Source of the DNA: an uncultured Gemmatimonadales bacterium
GTDB taxonomy: Bacteria > Gemmatimonadota > Gemmatimonadetes > Gemmatimonadales > GWC2-71-9
Direction of reading: 5' to 3'
Assembly (NCBI GenBank): GCA_963828735.1
Contig: CAWHFW010000005.1
Span: forward strand, 1,472,001 to 1,536,000
Length of the DNA stretch: 64,000 bases
Part shown: positions 36,705 through 46,211 of the stretch, in pieces
Layout of the letters: every line of letters begins with the position of its first letter
Position numbering within the stretch: position 1 is the stretch's first letter
Notes under the pieces: model-generated
Database searches by the model: none
What the model was told of the DNA's origin: nothing
The model's input: the letters and a program-made list of their open reading frames with translations, nothing else
Made by a program: the position numbers and the translations under genes

Positions 36705-37132
36705 CTTCCTCGCCGCCGAGCCCGTCCGTTTACAGCGTCGCCATCTTCGTGCACGACATCGGGCGGGCCGTCGAATTCTATGGCGACCGACTGGGCCTGC
36801 CCCTCGGCAAGCAGGGCTCGTTCGGCGCGGAGTTTTTCACAGAGGGAACCCGCATCGGCGTCCATCCCGCGGTCCATCAGGACGCGCGCTCCCTGGTTGG
36901 ACGCCATACGGGAATCACGCTCTTCGTGCCGGACCTGCTGCACTATTGCGGCGAGCTGCATGCGCGCGGCGTCCGCTTCGTCGCGGAGCCGACGCAGCAG
37001 TCGTGGGGGATCATGGCCATGGTGGCGGATCCCGACGGCAACGTCCTCGCCCTCTGGGAGGACCAGCTCCCCCAGACCGCCGAGCATACGCACGCTCACG
37101 TGCACGTGGATCAGGCGGACGGCGCGTCCTGA
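36701..37132 (+). CDS. VOC/glyoxalase family protein
   Basis: V.DIGRAVEFY...LGL and WG.MA...DPDGN; His-rich tail HTHAHVH. Confidence 0.85.
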   Translation: MTSSPPSPSVYSVAIFVHDIGRAVEFYGDRLGLPLGKQGSFGAEFFTEGTRIGVHPAVHQDARSLVGRHTGITLFVPDLLHYCGELHARGVRFVAEPTQQSWGIMAMVADPDGNVLALWEDQLPQTAEHTHAHVHVDQADGAS

Positions 37133-37141
37133 GCGGGTGAT

Positions 37142-37597
37142 TCAGGCGAGGGCGGTCGGTCGATAGGGCGACACCGCGAGCGCCGCGGTATTGCCCCGGA
37201 AGCAGTCTTCGACGATCTGACCCTGCTGCTCCATGCCGTACGCCTCGAACGGCTTTCCCTCCTCCAGGCAATACGCATACGGGCTGTGGCCGACGCCGAA
37301 GCCGCGGTACAAGAGCTCACGCGCCTGCGCGCTCGCGCCCCGCCCGAAGTACCGCCACGCCCCCCACCGCTGATACTGGCCGCAGTGCGTGAGCTCGTGC
37401 GCCAGGGTAGCAAGATCGGTCGCGCGAAGGTCCGGCAGGAACACGTGATTGCCCAGCGCCACGGCCCGTCCGCCGCTCGCCAGAAGCACCATGCGTCGGA
37501 GGAAGCCGGGACCGCGATGGAGTCGCACCCGGTCGCAGTCGACCCACGCGATGAGGGTGCCGAGCCGTTCGCGCTCCTCCGCGGTCAGGCGATTCAC
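37142..37597 (-). CDS. DUF4157-like HExxH metallopeptidase-fold protein
   Basis: VRLH, A.ALGNHVF, LAHELTHC.QY and EQQG; GTGA overlap with the upstream gene. Confidence 0.7.
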   Translation of the reverse strand: MNRLTAEERERLGTLIAWVDCDRVRLHRGPGFLRRMVLLASGGRAVALGNHVFLPDLRATDLATLAHELTHCGQYQRWGAWRYFGRGASAQARELLYRGFGVGHSPYAYCLEEGKPFEAYGMEQQGQIVEDCFRGNTAALAVSPYRPTALA

Positions 37598-38769
37598 GTC
37601 CCGAGGAACTCCCCGATCGGCGCCAGCGATTCGATGTGGTCGCAGAAGATCTTGAAGGTGGCGAGCAACGGCACCGCGATGAATGCGCCCCCGACTCCCC
37701 AGAGCCACCACCAGAACACCAGGCCGACCAGGATGGCCACCGGGTTGAGCGTGAGCCGGCGTCCCATGACCATCGGCGTGACCAACTGGGATTGGATGAG
37801 ATTGACGGCGAGATAGGCCGCCGGCACGATCAGCGCGTGTCCCAGGGTCGGAAACGTCACGAGGCCCGCCATGGTCAGCGTGAACAGCATGACCGTCGCG
37901 CCGATGTAGGGCACGAATTCCGCCAGCCCCGCCAGCGCTCCCCAGAGCAGCGCGTTGGGCATCCCGATCATCAGCATCACCACGGTCACCGCGAGCCCCA
38001 GCGCCACGTTCATGAGCGCGACCGTGAAAAGATACGTCGAGATCGACGCCTCGGTCTCCCGGGCAATCGCGACGGCCGTCTTCTTGTCCCGAAGCTGTGG
38101 CAGCACCCTGATGAGCTTTTGAAGGAACAGGTCGCCCGCCGCCAGCAGGAAATACAGCAGGATGAGCGTCTCGAGCGCGCCGGTGAGGAACGTTTGCGTC
38201 GAGCCGAACAGGCGCTCGCTGAGTCGCGGGCCGCGCACCACCACCTCCTGCGGCCCCGCCTTCGCCACCTCCGTCGCCGCTTCCACCTGCTCGGCGGTCT
38301 TGGTCATCTGCTCGACCGGCTTGCGCAGGTCGCGCAGGCGGCCCTGGACCTTGGCCAGGCTCTGGGGCGCCTTCGCCATCCACGCGCGCGCCGGATCCGC
38401 GAGACTGTAGGCGCCGAACCCGAGCGCGCCGAGCAGGGCGATCAGGACCAGCGCGGCGCCGACGGGCTCGGGAATGCGGGCACGCTTGAGCACGCGGATC
38501 ACAGGGCTGAGCAGAAAATCGAGCAGCACGGCCAGCACGATGGGCAGGAGAAACGCCCTGGCGAAGTACAGCGTGTACAGCACGGCGAGCACGAAGAGGC
38601 CGGTAACGGCGATCGAGCGAATCTCGACGCGATCGCGCAGCGCCTGCCCCAGCTTTCCGAGATCGGGCTCCTCGACGGCTCCCCCATCGTCGGCCGGTGC
38701 CGCCGAGTCCGGCACATCCGGTCGAAAGGCCTGCCCGCGCGCCGAGTCCTCGGTGGATCGAGTGGCCAT
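37594..38769 (-). CDS. AI-2E family transporter
   Basis: FLLPIVLA, LAEFVPYIG, P..MG..L.LNP and WGV.GAFIAVP. Confidence 0.9.
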   Translation of the reverse strand: MATRSTEDSARGQAFRPDVPDSAAPADDGGAVEEPDLGKLGQALRDRVEIRSIAVTGLFVLAVLYTLYFARAFLLPIVLAVLLDFLLSPVIRVLKRARIPEPVGAALVLIALLGALGFGAYSLADPARAWMAKAPQSLAKVQGRLRDLRKPVEQMTKTAEQVEAATEVAKAGPQEVVVRGPRLSERLFGSTQTFLTGALETLILLYFLLAAGDLFLQKLIRVLPQLRDKKTAVAIARETEASISTYLFTVALMNVALGLAVTVVMLMIGMPNALLWGALAGLAEFVPYIGATVMLFTLTMAGLVTFPTLGHALIVPAAYLAVNLIQSQLVTPMVMGRRLTLNPVAILVGLVFWWWLWGVGGAFIAVPLLATFKIFCDHIESLAPIGEFLGT

Positions 38770-38891
38770 GGTATCACGCTGTGTGAGGGGACTGCCCTTG
38801 TCTGCCCGTCCTGGCAGGCACTAAGGTTACGCGGCGGCCTGCCCCGGGGCTGTGCGCCAGCACACCGGCGGTCGGGCAGCCCGGGAGGCGT

Positions 38892-39653
38892 ATGTCGCGC
38901 GCGTGGCAGTCGATCCTATCCATCTGGGCGTGGCTGGTGCTCGTCCTCTGCATTCTGATCTGGTTTCCGATTATGGCGGTGCTGCGATTGGTGACGGCGC
39001 CGTTCGATCGCGGCCGATATCTGGTGGGCTACCTCTTCCGCCAGATCCCCGTCGTGCACGCGGCGCTTAACCCGCTGTGGCGGTTTCGCCGGGAAGGCAC
39101 CATGCCGGCCGATCCCCGCCGGCCGTACGTCGTGGTGTCCAACCACGAGTCGTTCGTGGACATCCTCCTCATCAGCCATCTCCCGTGGGAAATGAAGTGG
39201 CTGACGAAGGCCGAGTTGTTCCGCATTCCGGTGCTCGGCTGGATGCAGCGCCTCGCGGGAGACATTCCCGTCCAGCGCGGCTTCGGCCCGAGCGCCATCG
39301 AGGCCATCGCGAGGTGCCGTGAGGCGCTGGCGAACCGGGTGTCGGTGATGATCTTCCCCGAGGGCACGCGGTCCACGACGACTGACCTGCTGCCGTTCAA
39401 GGATGGCGCGTTCCGGCTGGCCATCGACGCCGCCGTGCCGATCCTGCCGCTGGCCGTGCACGGCACCGGCACCGCGCTCCGCAAGCATGACTGGCGGTTC
39501 GGCCGCTCGACCGCCGTCGTCCGCGTGCTCGCGCCGATCGAGACCACGGGCCTCACACCCGCCGACGTCCAGGCGCTGAAGGATAGGGTCCGCCGCGTCA
39601 TCGCCGGCGCCCGTGACGAGCTCGCCGCGGCCATGGACCCGGTGCAGTCGTAG
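38892..39653 (+). CDS. plsC: Lysophospholipid acyltransferase (PlsC family)
   Basis: NHESFVD, FPEGTRS and FKDGAF. Confidence 0.88.
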   Translation: MSRAWQSILSIWAWLVLVLCILIWFPIMAVLRLVTAPFDRGRYLVGYLFRQIPVVHAALNPLWRFRREGTMPADPRRPYVVVSNHESFVDILLISHLPWEMKWLTKAELFRIPVLGWMQRLAGDIPVQRGFGPSAIEAIARCREALANRVSVMIFPEGTRSTTTDLLPFKDGAFRLAIDAAVPILPLAVHGTGTALRKHDWRFGRSTAVVRVLAPIETTGLTPADVQALKDRVRRVIAGARDELAAAMDPVQS

Positions 39654-39678
39654 ACCCACCTGCTGCTCTCGCCAGTCC

Positions 39679-40593
39679 TTACTGCTTTCCCAGATCCGCC
39701 GGCGCGCGCACCCGCCCGACCATCCCGCCCAGGACCAGCAGTGTGAGCACGTAGGGAAACATGAGGAAGAGCTGGTAGGGCACCGCCAGGCCCAGCGACT
39801 GGAAGACGTACTGCAGCGCCGTCGCCGCGCCGAAGAGGAGCGCAGCCGCGGCCACGCCGAGCGGATGCCAGCGGCCGAGGACGACGATCGCGATCGCGAC
39901 GTATCCTCGGCCGGCCGTCATCTTCTCGGCGAACGTGCCGACCTGGGCGAGGACCAAGGTTGCTCCCGCCAGGCCCGCGAATGCGCCGCCTACGAGCGTG
40001 GCCGCCGTGCGGACCGCGTTCGTGCGCACGCCGGCCGCGCGCGCCATTGCGGCGCCCTCGCCGGTGGCGCGGACCATCAGACCGGCGCGTGTCCGGTACA
40101 GTAGCCACCAGACCGCAGGCAACGCGAGCAGGGCGATGTAGGTCGGCGCCGGTTGATCGAAGAGTGCCGGTCCAAGGACCGGAATGCCGGAGAGGCCGGG
40201 AATGGCGATCGGCGCGAGCGTCGGCAGTGTCAGGCCCGCGCCGCCGGTGCCGTACGCTTCCCGATAGACCGTCCCGGTAAGCCCCACGGCCGCGAGGGTG
40301 ATGGCGGTTCCCGCGATGATCTGGTCCGCGCGAGCCACGACGGCCACCGCGGCGAACAGCCCCGCCAGGCAGACGCCGGCCAGGACAGCCATGAGCAGCC
40401 CGGTCCATGGGCCGCCGGCAGTCGCCCCCAGGGTCGCGGCCAGGGCACCTGCGAGCATCATGCCCTCGAGGCCGAGATTGATGACCCCCGACCGCTCGGT
40501 CACTGTCTCGCCAGTGGCCGCGAGGAGCAGCGGCGTCGTCACGCGCACCGCGGCGGCGAGAAAACCCGCGACCAGGGGAATCGGCTCCGTCAT
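39679..40593 (-). CDS. Nucleoside/sugar ABC transporter permease
   Basis: GE.VTERSGVINLGLEG, RATGE, GRGY.A.A.V.LGRW.P and PY.LT. Confidence 0.88.
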   Translation of the reverse strand: MTEPIPLVAGFLAAAVRVTTPLLLAATGETVTERSGVINLGLEGMMLAGALAATLGATAGGPWTGLLMAVLAGVCLAGLFAAVAVVARADQIIAGTAITLAAVGLTGTVYREAYGTGGAGLTLPTLAPIAIPGLSGIPVLGPALFDQPAPTYIALLALPAVWWLLYRTRAGLMVRATGEGAAMARAAGVRTNAVRTAATLVGGAFAGLAGATLVLAQVGTFAEKMTAGRGYVAIAIVVLGRWHPLGVAAAALLFGAATALQYVFQSLGLAVPYQLFLMFPYVLTLLVLGGMVGRVRAPADLGKQ

Positions 40594-41609
40594 GCCACTG
40601 CTCGAGCCGTCTGCCGCCGTGCCGCCGCGTCCGCCAGCAGCACCACCAGAATGACGATCGCTTCGACAACGTACACTGCAACGGCAGGAACCCCTGCGTC
40701 GCGTTGCATGGCTCCGGCCCCCGCCTCGAGCGCGCCGAAGAGCAGCCCCGTGGCCACCACGCCCATCGGGTGCAGTCGGGCCAGGAGAGCGACCGCGATG
40801 CCCGTGAAGCCGTATCCCGGAGAGAGATTCTGGAACAACGCGTAGGAGACGCCGCTCACTTCCACACCACCCGCCAGCCCCGCGAGTGCCCCCGAGCCGA
40901 TCAGCGCTACGGCGGCCATACGCCGTGCATCGATTCGGCCGCTGATCTCCGCCGCGCGCGGTCCGGCCCCGACGGCCCGCAACCGGAAGCCCCAGAGCGT
41001 GCGAGCGAAGACATACGAGAGCGCTGCCGCCGCGATGAGCGCGAGCAGCAGCCCCGCGTGGAGGCGTGTCCCCGGTAGGACTGGCAGCCGCGCCGCGGCG
41101 GCGATCGGATCGCTCTGAGGGTAAATGTGCTGCGACTCCTGGAGCGGCCCCTGGACCATCAGGCTCACCAGCGATTCGGCCACGAAGTTGAGCAGCAGCG
41201 TGCTGATCACCTCCAGCACGCCGTAGCGAAACTGGAGCCAGACCGGCACGAGCACCCACGCGCCTCCCGCGAGAAGCGAAGCCGCGAGAACCGCAGGCAG
41301 CGCGATCGCGGCCGGTCGTCCGGCGACGTGCAGCCCCACCCACGTCGCCGCGATAGCCCCGGCATAGAACTGCCCCTCGGCGCCGATGTTGAGCGCGCCG
41401 CCCCGGAAGGCGAGCGCAATACCCAGGCCGATGATGATGAGGGGAATTGCTCGGACGAGCGTCGCGGACGTGAGGGCATACCAGGATCCGAAGGCGCCGC
41501 GCCAGAGCGCTGCGAGCGCCGCGCCGGCATCATAGCCGGCGACCTGGAGGCCGGCGGCGAGGAGCAGCAGGCCGAGCAGCACGGCGATCAGCGACGCCTT
41601 AGCGGCCAC
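40590..41609 (-). CDS. Nucleoside/sugar ABC transporter permease
   Basis: NIGAEGQ, EVISTLLLN and GYGFTGIAVALL. Confidence 0.88.
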   Translation of the reverse strand: MAAKASLIAVLLGLLLLAAGLQVAGYDAGAALAALWRGAFGSWYALTSATLVRAIPLIIIGLGIALAFRGGALNIGAEGQFYAGAIAATWVGLHVAGRPAAIALPAVLAASLLAGGAWVLVPVWLQFRYGVLEVISTLLLNFVAESLVSLMVQGPLQESQHIYPQSDPIAAAARLPVLPGTRLHAGLLLALIAAAALSYVFARTLWGFRLRAVGAGPRAAEISGRIDARRMAAVALIGSGALAGLAGGVEVSGVSYALFQNLSPGYGFTGIAVALLARLHPMGVVATGLLFGALEAGAGAMQRDAGVPAVAVYVVEAIVILVVLLADAAARRQTARAVA

Positions 41610-43071
41610 CGGTCACCATCAACTGACCGATCTCCGCCCGCGTCGCGCCGGCGGGCACTTCGACCAGCGACCCGCGAGTGGCCACGAGGATTCGGTCGGC
41701 GAGCGCGAGCACCTCGTCGAGATCGCTCGAATAGACCAGTACGGCGGCCCCTCCCGCCGCCGCCTCGCGCAGCTTGGTGTGGACCGACTCGGCGGCACGC
41801 AGGTCGAGTCCGCGGGCGGGGTTCTCCGCCACGACCACACGCGGCTGCCTGGCCAGCTCGCGGCCGACGACGACCTTCTGCTGGTTCCCTCCGCTGAGCG
41901 AGGCGGCCGGAGCGTTTGGCCCCGGGGCGACCACGCCGTAGTCGCGCAGGAGGAGCGCCGTCTTCGCCCGGGCGACCTTCCAGTCCACCCGCCCTCGCCG
42001 AACCCAGGGGTCGTCCCGCCGCGACGCGAGGACCACGTTCTCCGTGAGGGTGAGCGAGGGAATCAGGCCTTCGGTCGTCCGGTCCTCCGGAATGAAGGCG
42101 ACCGGGCCTGCGACTTCCCGCCGGCCGCGAAGTGGCTGCAGCCGGCCGGCTACGGCGCGAAGCAGCTCGCGCTGTCCATTCCCTTCGACCGCGGCAATGC
42201 CTACGATCTCGCCGGCACGGATACTTAAGCTCGCACGGCGGACGGCGATGCCGTAACCTGAATCGCGCGGGACCTCGAGCTCCTCCAGGCGGACCAGGAC
42301 CGGCGGCTCCCGGCCGGGCTCGCGAATCGGCGGGGGAAGGTCGACACTCTGGCGGTCGCCTTCACCGATCATCGCGGCGGCAAGCGACGCGGACGATTGT
42401 CCCGCGACCGGCCCGGAAAAGACCACGGCGCCCTGCCGCAGCACGGTGACCCGGTCCGCCGACGCCAGTGCCTCGTCGAGCTTGTGCGTGATCAGCACCG
42501 CCGCCCCGCCCGCGTCGGTGAATGTGCGCACCACCCGCAGAAGCTCGTCGGCTTCGCCGGGCGCCAGGACGGCGGTGGGTTCGTCGAGCAGCAGAACCCT
42601 GGCATCGGAGGCCAGGGCCTTGACGATCTCCAGTCGCTGCTTGAGGGCGACGGAAAGCTGGCCCGCCCGCGCGTCAGGATCGAGCGGAAGCCCGACCCGT
42701 TCAGCGGTGGCTCGCACCCGCTCCCGCAGCCGTCCTGGCGCCACGGGCCAGCCGGCGGCGAGGGCCACGTTCTCCGCCACCGTAAATGCCGGCACCGACG
42801 TGAAGTGCTGGTGCACCATCCCGATGCCGAGCCCGCGCGCCACGCGGGGCGACGTGACGGCGCGGACGATCCCGTGCACCGCGACCTCCCCGGAATCCGA
42901 GCGAGAGAGGCCGTAGGCCACCTGCATCAGGGTCGTCTTGCCGGCGCCGTTCTCGCCTAGAAGCGCATGGATCTCGCCGGGAGCGAGCGTGAAATCGGCC
43001 CCGCGCAACGCGTGCACGGGGCCGAACCGCTTGTAAATCCCTCGGAGAGCGAGGGCGGCCGGCGGGTTCAC
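41599..43071 (-). CDS. Nucleoside/sugar ABC transporter ATP-binding protein (two NBDs)
   Basis: GENGAGKTT, GMVHQHF, LDEPTA and LSGGNQQK. Confidence 0.92.
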   Translation of the reverse strand: MNPPAALALRGIYKRFGPVHALRGADFTLAPGEIHALLGENGAGKTTLMQVAYGLSRSDSGEVAVHGIVRAVTSPRVARGLGIGMVHQHFTSVPAFTVAENVALAAGWPVAPGRLRERVRATAERVGLPLDPDARAGQLSVALKQRLEIVKALASDARVLLLDEPTAVLAPGEADELLRVVRTFTDAGGAAVLITHKLDEALASADRVTVLRQGAVVFSGPVAGQSSASLAAAMIGEGDRQSVDLPPPIREPGREPPVLVRLEELEVPRDSGYGIAVRRASLSIRAGEIVGIAAVEGNGQRELLRAVAGRLQPLRGRREVAGPVAFIPEDRTTEGLIPSLTLTENVVLASRRDDPWVRRGRVDWKVARAKTALLLRDYGVVAPGPNAPAASLSGGNQQKVVVGRELARQPRVVVAENPARGLDLRAAESVHTKLREAAAGGAAVLVYSSDLDEVLALADRILVATRGSLVEVPAGATRAEIGQLMVTGGR

Positions 43072-43892
43072 AAGCCCGTCGGGTGGTCGTGGAACTCCCA
43101 GTCGAGGTCGAACCGCTCCGCCAGGTGCGACGCGAGGGCCTGCACACCGAGGGTTTCCGTCGCGTAGTGCCCGGCGAAGATCACGTTGAGCCCCCATTCC
43201 ACGGCATCGAAGTAGGTATGGTGCGCGCCTTCGCCGGTGATGTAGGTGTCGAGGCCCGCCTCGCGCGCGGCGCCGATCATGTTACCGGCGCCGCCGGTGA
43301 TGATGCCGATGCGTCCGACGCGCTCGGGTCCGCCGGCGATCATGCGCGCGCCGGCGCTTGTGATCCCGAGCGCGTGGTTTACCTCCGCAACGAGCGCATC
43401 GCGCGATGCCAGACGCGCCGGGGCGTGACCCCAGACCCCGATCGGCACGCCCCGGTACTCCCCGAACCAACCCTCGATGGCGAGGCCGAGTCGCTCGGCG
43501 AGCACGACGTTGTTGCCGACCGTTGGATGCAGGTCGAGCGGGATGTGCGCGGAGTAGAGCGCGATGTCGTGCTCGAGCAGTGCCGCGACCCGGCGGTAGC
43601 GTCTGCCCGTGAGCGGGACGTTGCCGTCCCAAAAAAGCCCGTGGTGAACCAGCAGCAGGGGTGCTGCCCCTCCGTGCCCCGGGCCCTCGGCGATCACGCT
43701 CTCGATGGTTGTTTGCGAGGCGTCGACCGCCGCGACGATGCCGCCGATGAGGCCCTGGTTCTCGACCTGCAATCCGTTCACGGCATTCCGCTCGTCCGGG
43801 ACTTCGCGCACCCGCAGATACTCGTCGAGGTATTGCACCACCTCGGCGAGCGGCACGGCGCCGTCGTCGCCGGATGTCGAGTTCTTCACCAC
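43068..43892 (-). CDS. Nif3/YbgI-like dinuclear metal protein (DUF34)
   Basis: NGLQV, VHHGLFW, H.PLD.H..GNN, TGE and AGHYATE. Confidence 0.9.
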   Translation of the reverse strand: MVKNSTSGDDGAVPLAEVVQYLDEYLRVREVPDERNAVNGLQVENQGLIGGIVAAVDASQTTIESVIAEGPGHGGAAPLLLVHHGLFWDGNVPLTGRRYRRVAALLEHDIALYSAHIPLDLHPTVGNNVVLAERLGLAIEGWFGEYRGVPIGVWGHAPARLASRDALVAEVNHALGITSAGARMIAGGPERVGRIGIITGGAGNMIGAAREAGLDTYITGEGAHHTYFDAVEWGLNVIFAGHYATETLGVQALASHLAERFDLDWEFHDHPTGL

Positions 43893-44929
43893 GGAGCCCC
43901 CACCAGTGCTGGTGCCGGCGTCGCGCGGCCTGCTGCGGGTGGGGCGAGCGCCTGCATCGACGCCGGTCGGGCTGCGGGCAGCAGGGTGCCGGCGGCGATG
44001 GAGTCCGCCGCGGCCCTCAGGCGCGCCTTGAGCGGGGCGGGGACGAGCGAGTCGAGGGCGGGGTTGGGCTCGTAGCGAACCACGCCAGTCGCGAGGCCGA
44101 AGGCCTCGACCTTGGGCTGGAACGTGCCTCGATTCACCTGCTGCGCTACCAGAAGAAATGCTCGAGGCAGGTCGATGATGGCGCTTCCGACCACCCGATT
44201 CGGCGCGAGCGACGATTGGTCGGCATTTGCCCCGAACACGTAGACGCCCGGCGATTCCTTGATCGCCTGAAACAGCCCCAACGCCGCGGCGTCCGCGTTG
44301 TGGTGGAACATGTCGGCGCCGACGCGGATCAGCGCGAGCGCAGCCTCGCGGCCCGCCGCGGCATCGTCAAAGCTGTTGAGGTAGATCTCCCGGCTCTGCA
44401 CCTTCGGGTTCACCGCCCTGGCGCCGTTCACCCAACCTTCGTAGGCCGCCTTGATCGGCGGCAGCTCGATGCCCCCGACGAAGCCGAGGATGTTGCTGCG
44501 CGTGAGGGCACCGGCCACCATCCCGGCGAGGTAGCTCGCGTCCTCGAGCTTGAAAATCAGAGGGGCGACGTTGCCGCGCGCCCGGGCGCCCGATGTCACG
44601 ATGAACACGGTTCTCGGGTATTCGGCCGAAACCCGCTCCGCCGGCGCTTGGAACTCGAACCCGTGCGCGAAGACCAGGTCGTATCCCTGCGCTGCGTACG
44701 AGCGCAGTGCCTCGTCCTGCTCCGCCGGCGTCCTGGCCTCGACATGACTGATGGCCACGCCCAATGAATCGTGAATCCGCTGGAGGCCGGCATACGCCCC
44801 CGAATTCCAGGCCGCGTCCGCGATGCTGCCCGGGGTAATGAGCCCGACGCGGATTCCCGTGTGTGCCTGGGGTGCGGCGCATGCCAGCAACGACACCATA
44901 CTAGCAGTTATGGGCCACTTAGAACCCAC
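43886..44929 (-). CDS. BMP family ABC substrate-binding lipoprotein
   Basis: Lipobox SLLAC; D..WN..AY.GL, GYDLVFAHGFEF and YLAG..A; start codon uncertain (alternative 44899). Confidence 0.85.
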   Translation of the reverse strand: MGSKWPITASMVSLLACAAPQAHTGIRVGLITPGSIADAAWNSGAYAGLQRIHDSLGVAISHVEARTPAEQDEALRSYAAQGYDLVFAHGFEFQAPAERVSAEYPRTVFIVTSGARARGNVAPLIFKLEDASYLAGMVAGALTRSNILGFVGGIELPPIKAAYEGWVNGARAVNPKVQSREIYLNSFDDAAAGREAALALIRVGADMFHHNADAAALGLFQAIKESPGVYVFGANADQSSLAPNRVVGSAIIDLPRAFLLVAQQVNRGTFQPKVEAFGLATGVVRYEPNPALDSLVPAPLKARLRAAADSIAAGTLLPAARPASMQALAPPAAGRATPAPALVGAPW

Positions 44930-44994
44930 TGGGGAGCCTCGAACGATGAAAGGCGGTACAAAGTTACTGATTTTCCACAACTTAGGCCGGCTTA

Positions 44995-45417
44995 TCAACT
45001 CTTGTGGGAATCCTCGGTTCCCAAACCCATTTCCCCGTGGTCCATCTTGACCTCGCCGGTCACCTTGGCCCCTTCGACGATGGCGATCCGCGGGGTATGG
45101 ATGTCCCCCGCGACGACGGCGGTCGCTTGGAGTTCCACCCGCTCGCGAGCCACGATGGCCCCACTCACCTGGCCGGCAACGACCGCCTCCTGGGTGTGGA
45201 GGTCGCCTTCGATGACGGCGCCTGCCGCCACCAGCACCTGCGCGGCGGCCCGGACGGTTCCGCGGACTCGACCCTCGACCCGCACGACGCCCTCGGTCTC
45301 GAGATCGCCGATCACCGTCATGTCACTCGCGATAATCGAGAAGGGTATTTGGTCGGTGCGGCGGCGGCGAAGCTCGTTCCCCTGTTCGTCCCGCGCCGGG
45401 TTGTTGAAGATCCCCAT
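44995..45417 (-). CDS. Bactofilin (polymer-forming cytoskeletal protein)
   Basis: SII...M.V.GDL...G.VRVEG.V.G repeats and V.GDI.TP.I.I.EGA...G. Confidence 0.92.
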   Translation of the reverse strand: MGIFNNPARDEQGNELRRRRTDQIPFSIIASDMTVIGDLETEGVVRVEGRVRGTVRAAAQVLVAAGAVIEGDLHTQEAVVAGQVSGAIVARERVELQATAVVAGDIHTPRIAIVEGAKVTGEVKMDHGEMGLGTEDSHKS

Positions 45418-46211
45418 CAGCTTCCCTCCTTGACCATGGTTCGCGGATCGAGCGAGACGCCCTTCTGGCGGACCTCGAAGTGCAGGTGCGGGGCGGTGGA
45501 GCGGCCGGTATTTCCGCTCAGTCCGATGACCTGACCGGGCGCAACGGAGGCCCCTGGCTGGACCAGAATGCGAGAGAGGTGGCCGTACATCGTCTGGTAG
45601 TCATCCGGATGATCGAGCAGCACGAACAGCCCGTACTCCGGGTCCTCACCGAGCTGGTGCACGGTGCCGCCGCCGGCGGCGCGCACCAGACTGCCTACTG
45701 CGACGGCGATGTCGATTCCGGGATGGACCTCGTCGCTGCCGCCGGAGCTCACCTGGCCGCGGGTGATGTATCCCGGCTCGTCCAGGGGCCATCGACGTGG
45801 AACGGACAGCCCGACCGAGGGCCCGCGCGGCGCATCTGCGAGGCGGGCAACAACAGGCGGTGCGACGGGCAACGCTGTACCGGCCGTCAGTGGGTCACGC
45901 ACGATGTCCCCGCCGATCATCTGGCGCACCTGTGCGTACCGTGACTCGACGCTGTCGAGTTCGGCGCTTAGCTGTCGGACCTTCGCATTGTCGGCTTTGA
46001 GCTTGGCCACCTGATGCTCGAGGCCCGGCACTCGCCCTGCCGCTCGCAGCAACGGGCCGTAGAGTGCAGCCACTACGATCGCCAGTACGGCCGCCGCGGC
46101 CATGAAACCCATGCCGGCGCGGAGCATCCAAAGCGGCAGGCGATAGGTCTGGGACGCCGTGGCGCCGTCCGGTTGGACGATGATCGTGACCGCGCGCGCA
46201 GCGCGCCTCAT
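45417..46211 (-). CDS. Membrane-anchored M23 family peptidase with coiled coil
   Basis: One TM helix and a coiled coil; HPGIDIA, YGHLS and GRSTAPHLHFE. Confidence 0.92.
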   Translation of the reverse strand: MRRAARAVTIIVQPDGATASQTYRLPLWMLRAGMGFMAAAAVLAIVVAALYGPLLRAAGRVPGLEHQVAKLKADNAKVRQLSAELDSVESRYAQVRQMIGGDIVRDPLTAGTALPVAPPVVARLADAPRGPSVGLSVPRRWPLDEPGYITRGQVSSGGSDEVHPGIDIAVAVGSLVRAAGGGTVHQLGEDPEYGLFVLLDHPDDYQTMYGHLSRILVQPGASVAPGQVIGLSGNTGRSTAPHLHFEVRQKGVSLDPRTMVKEGS

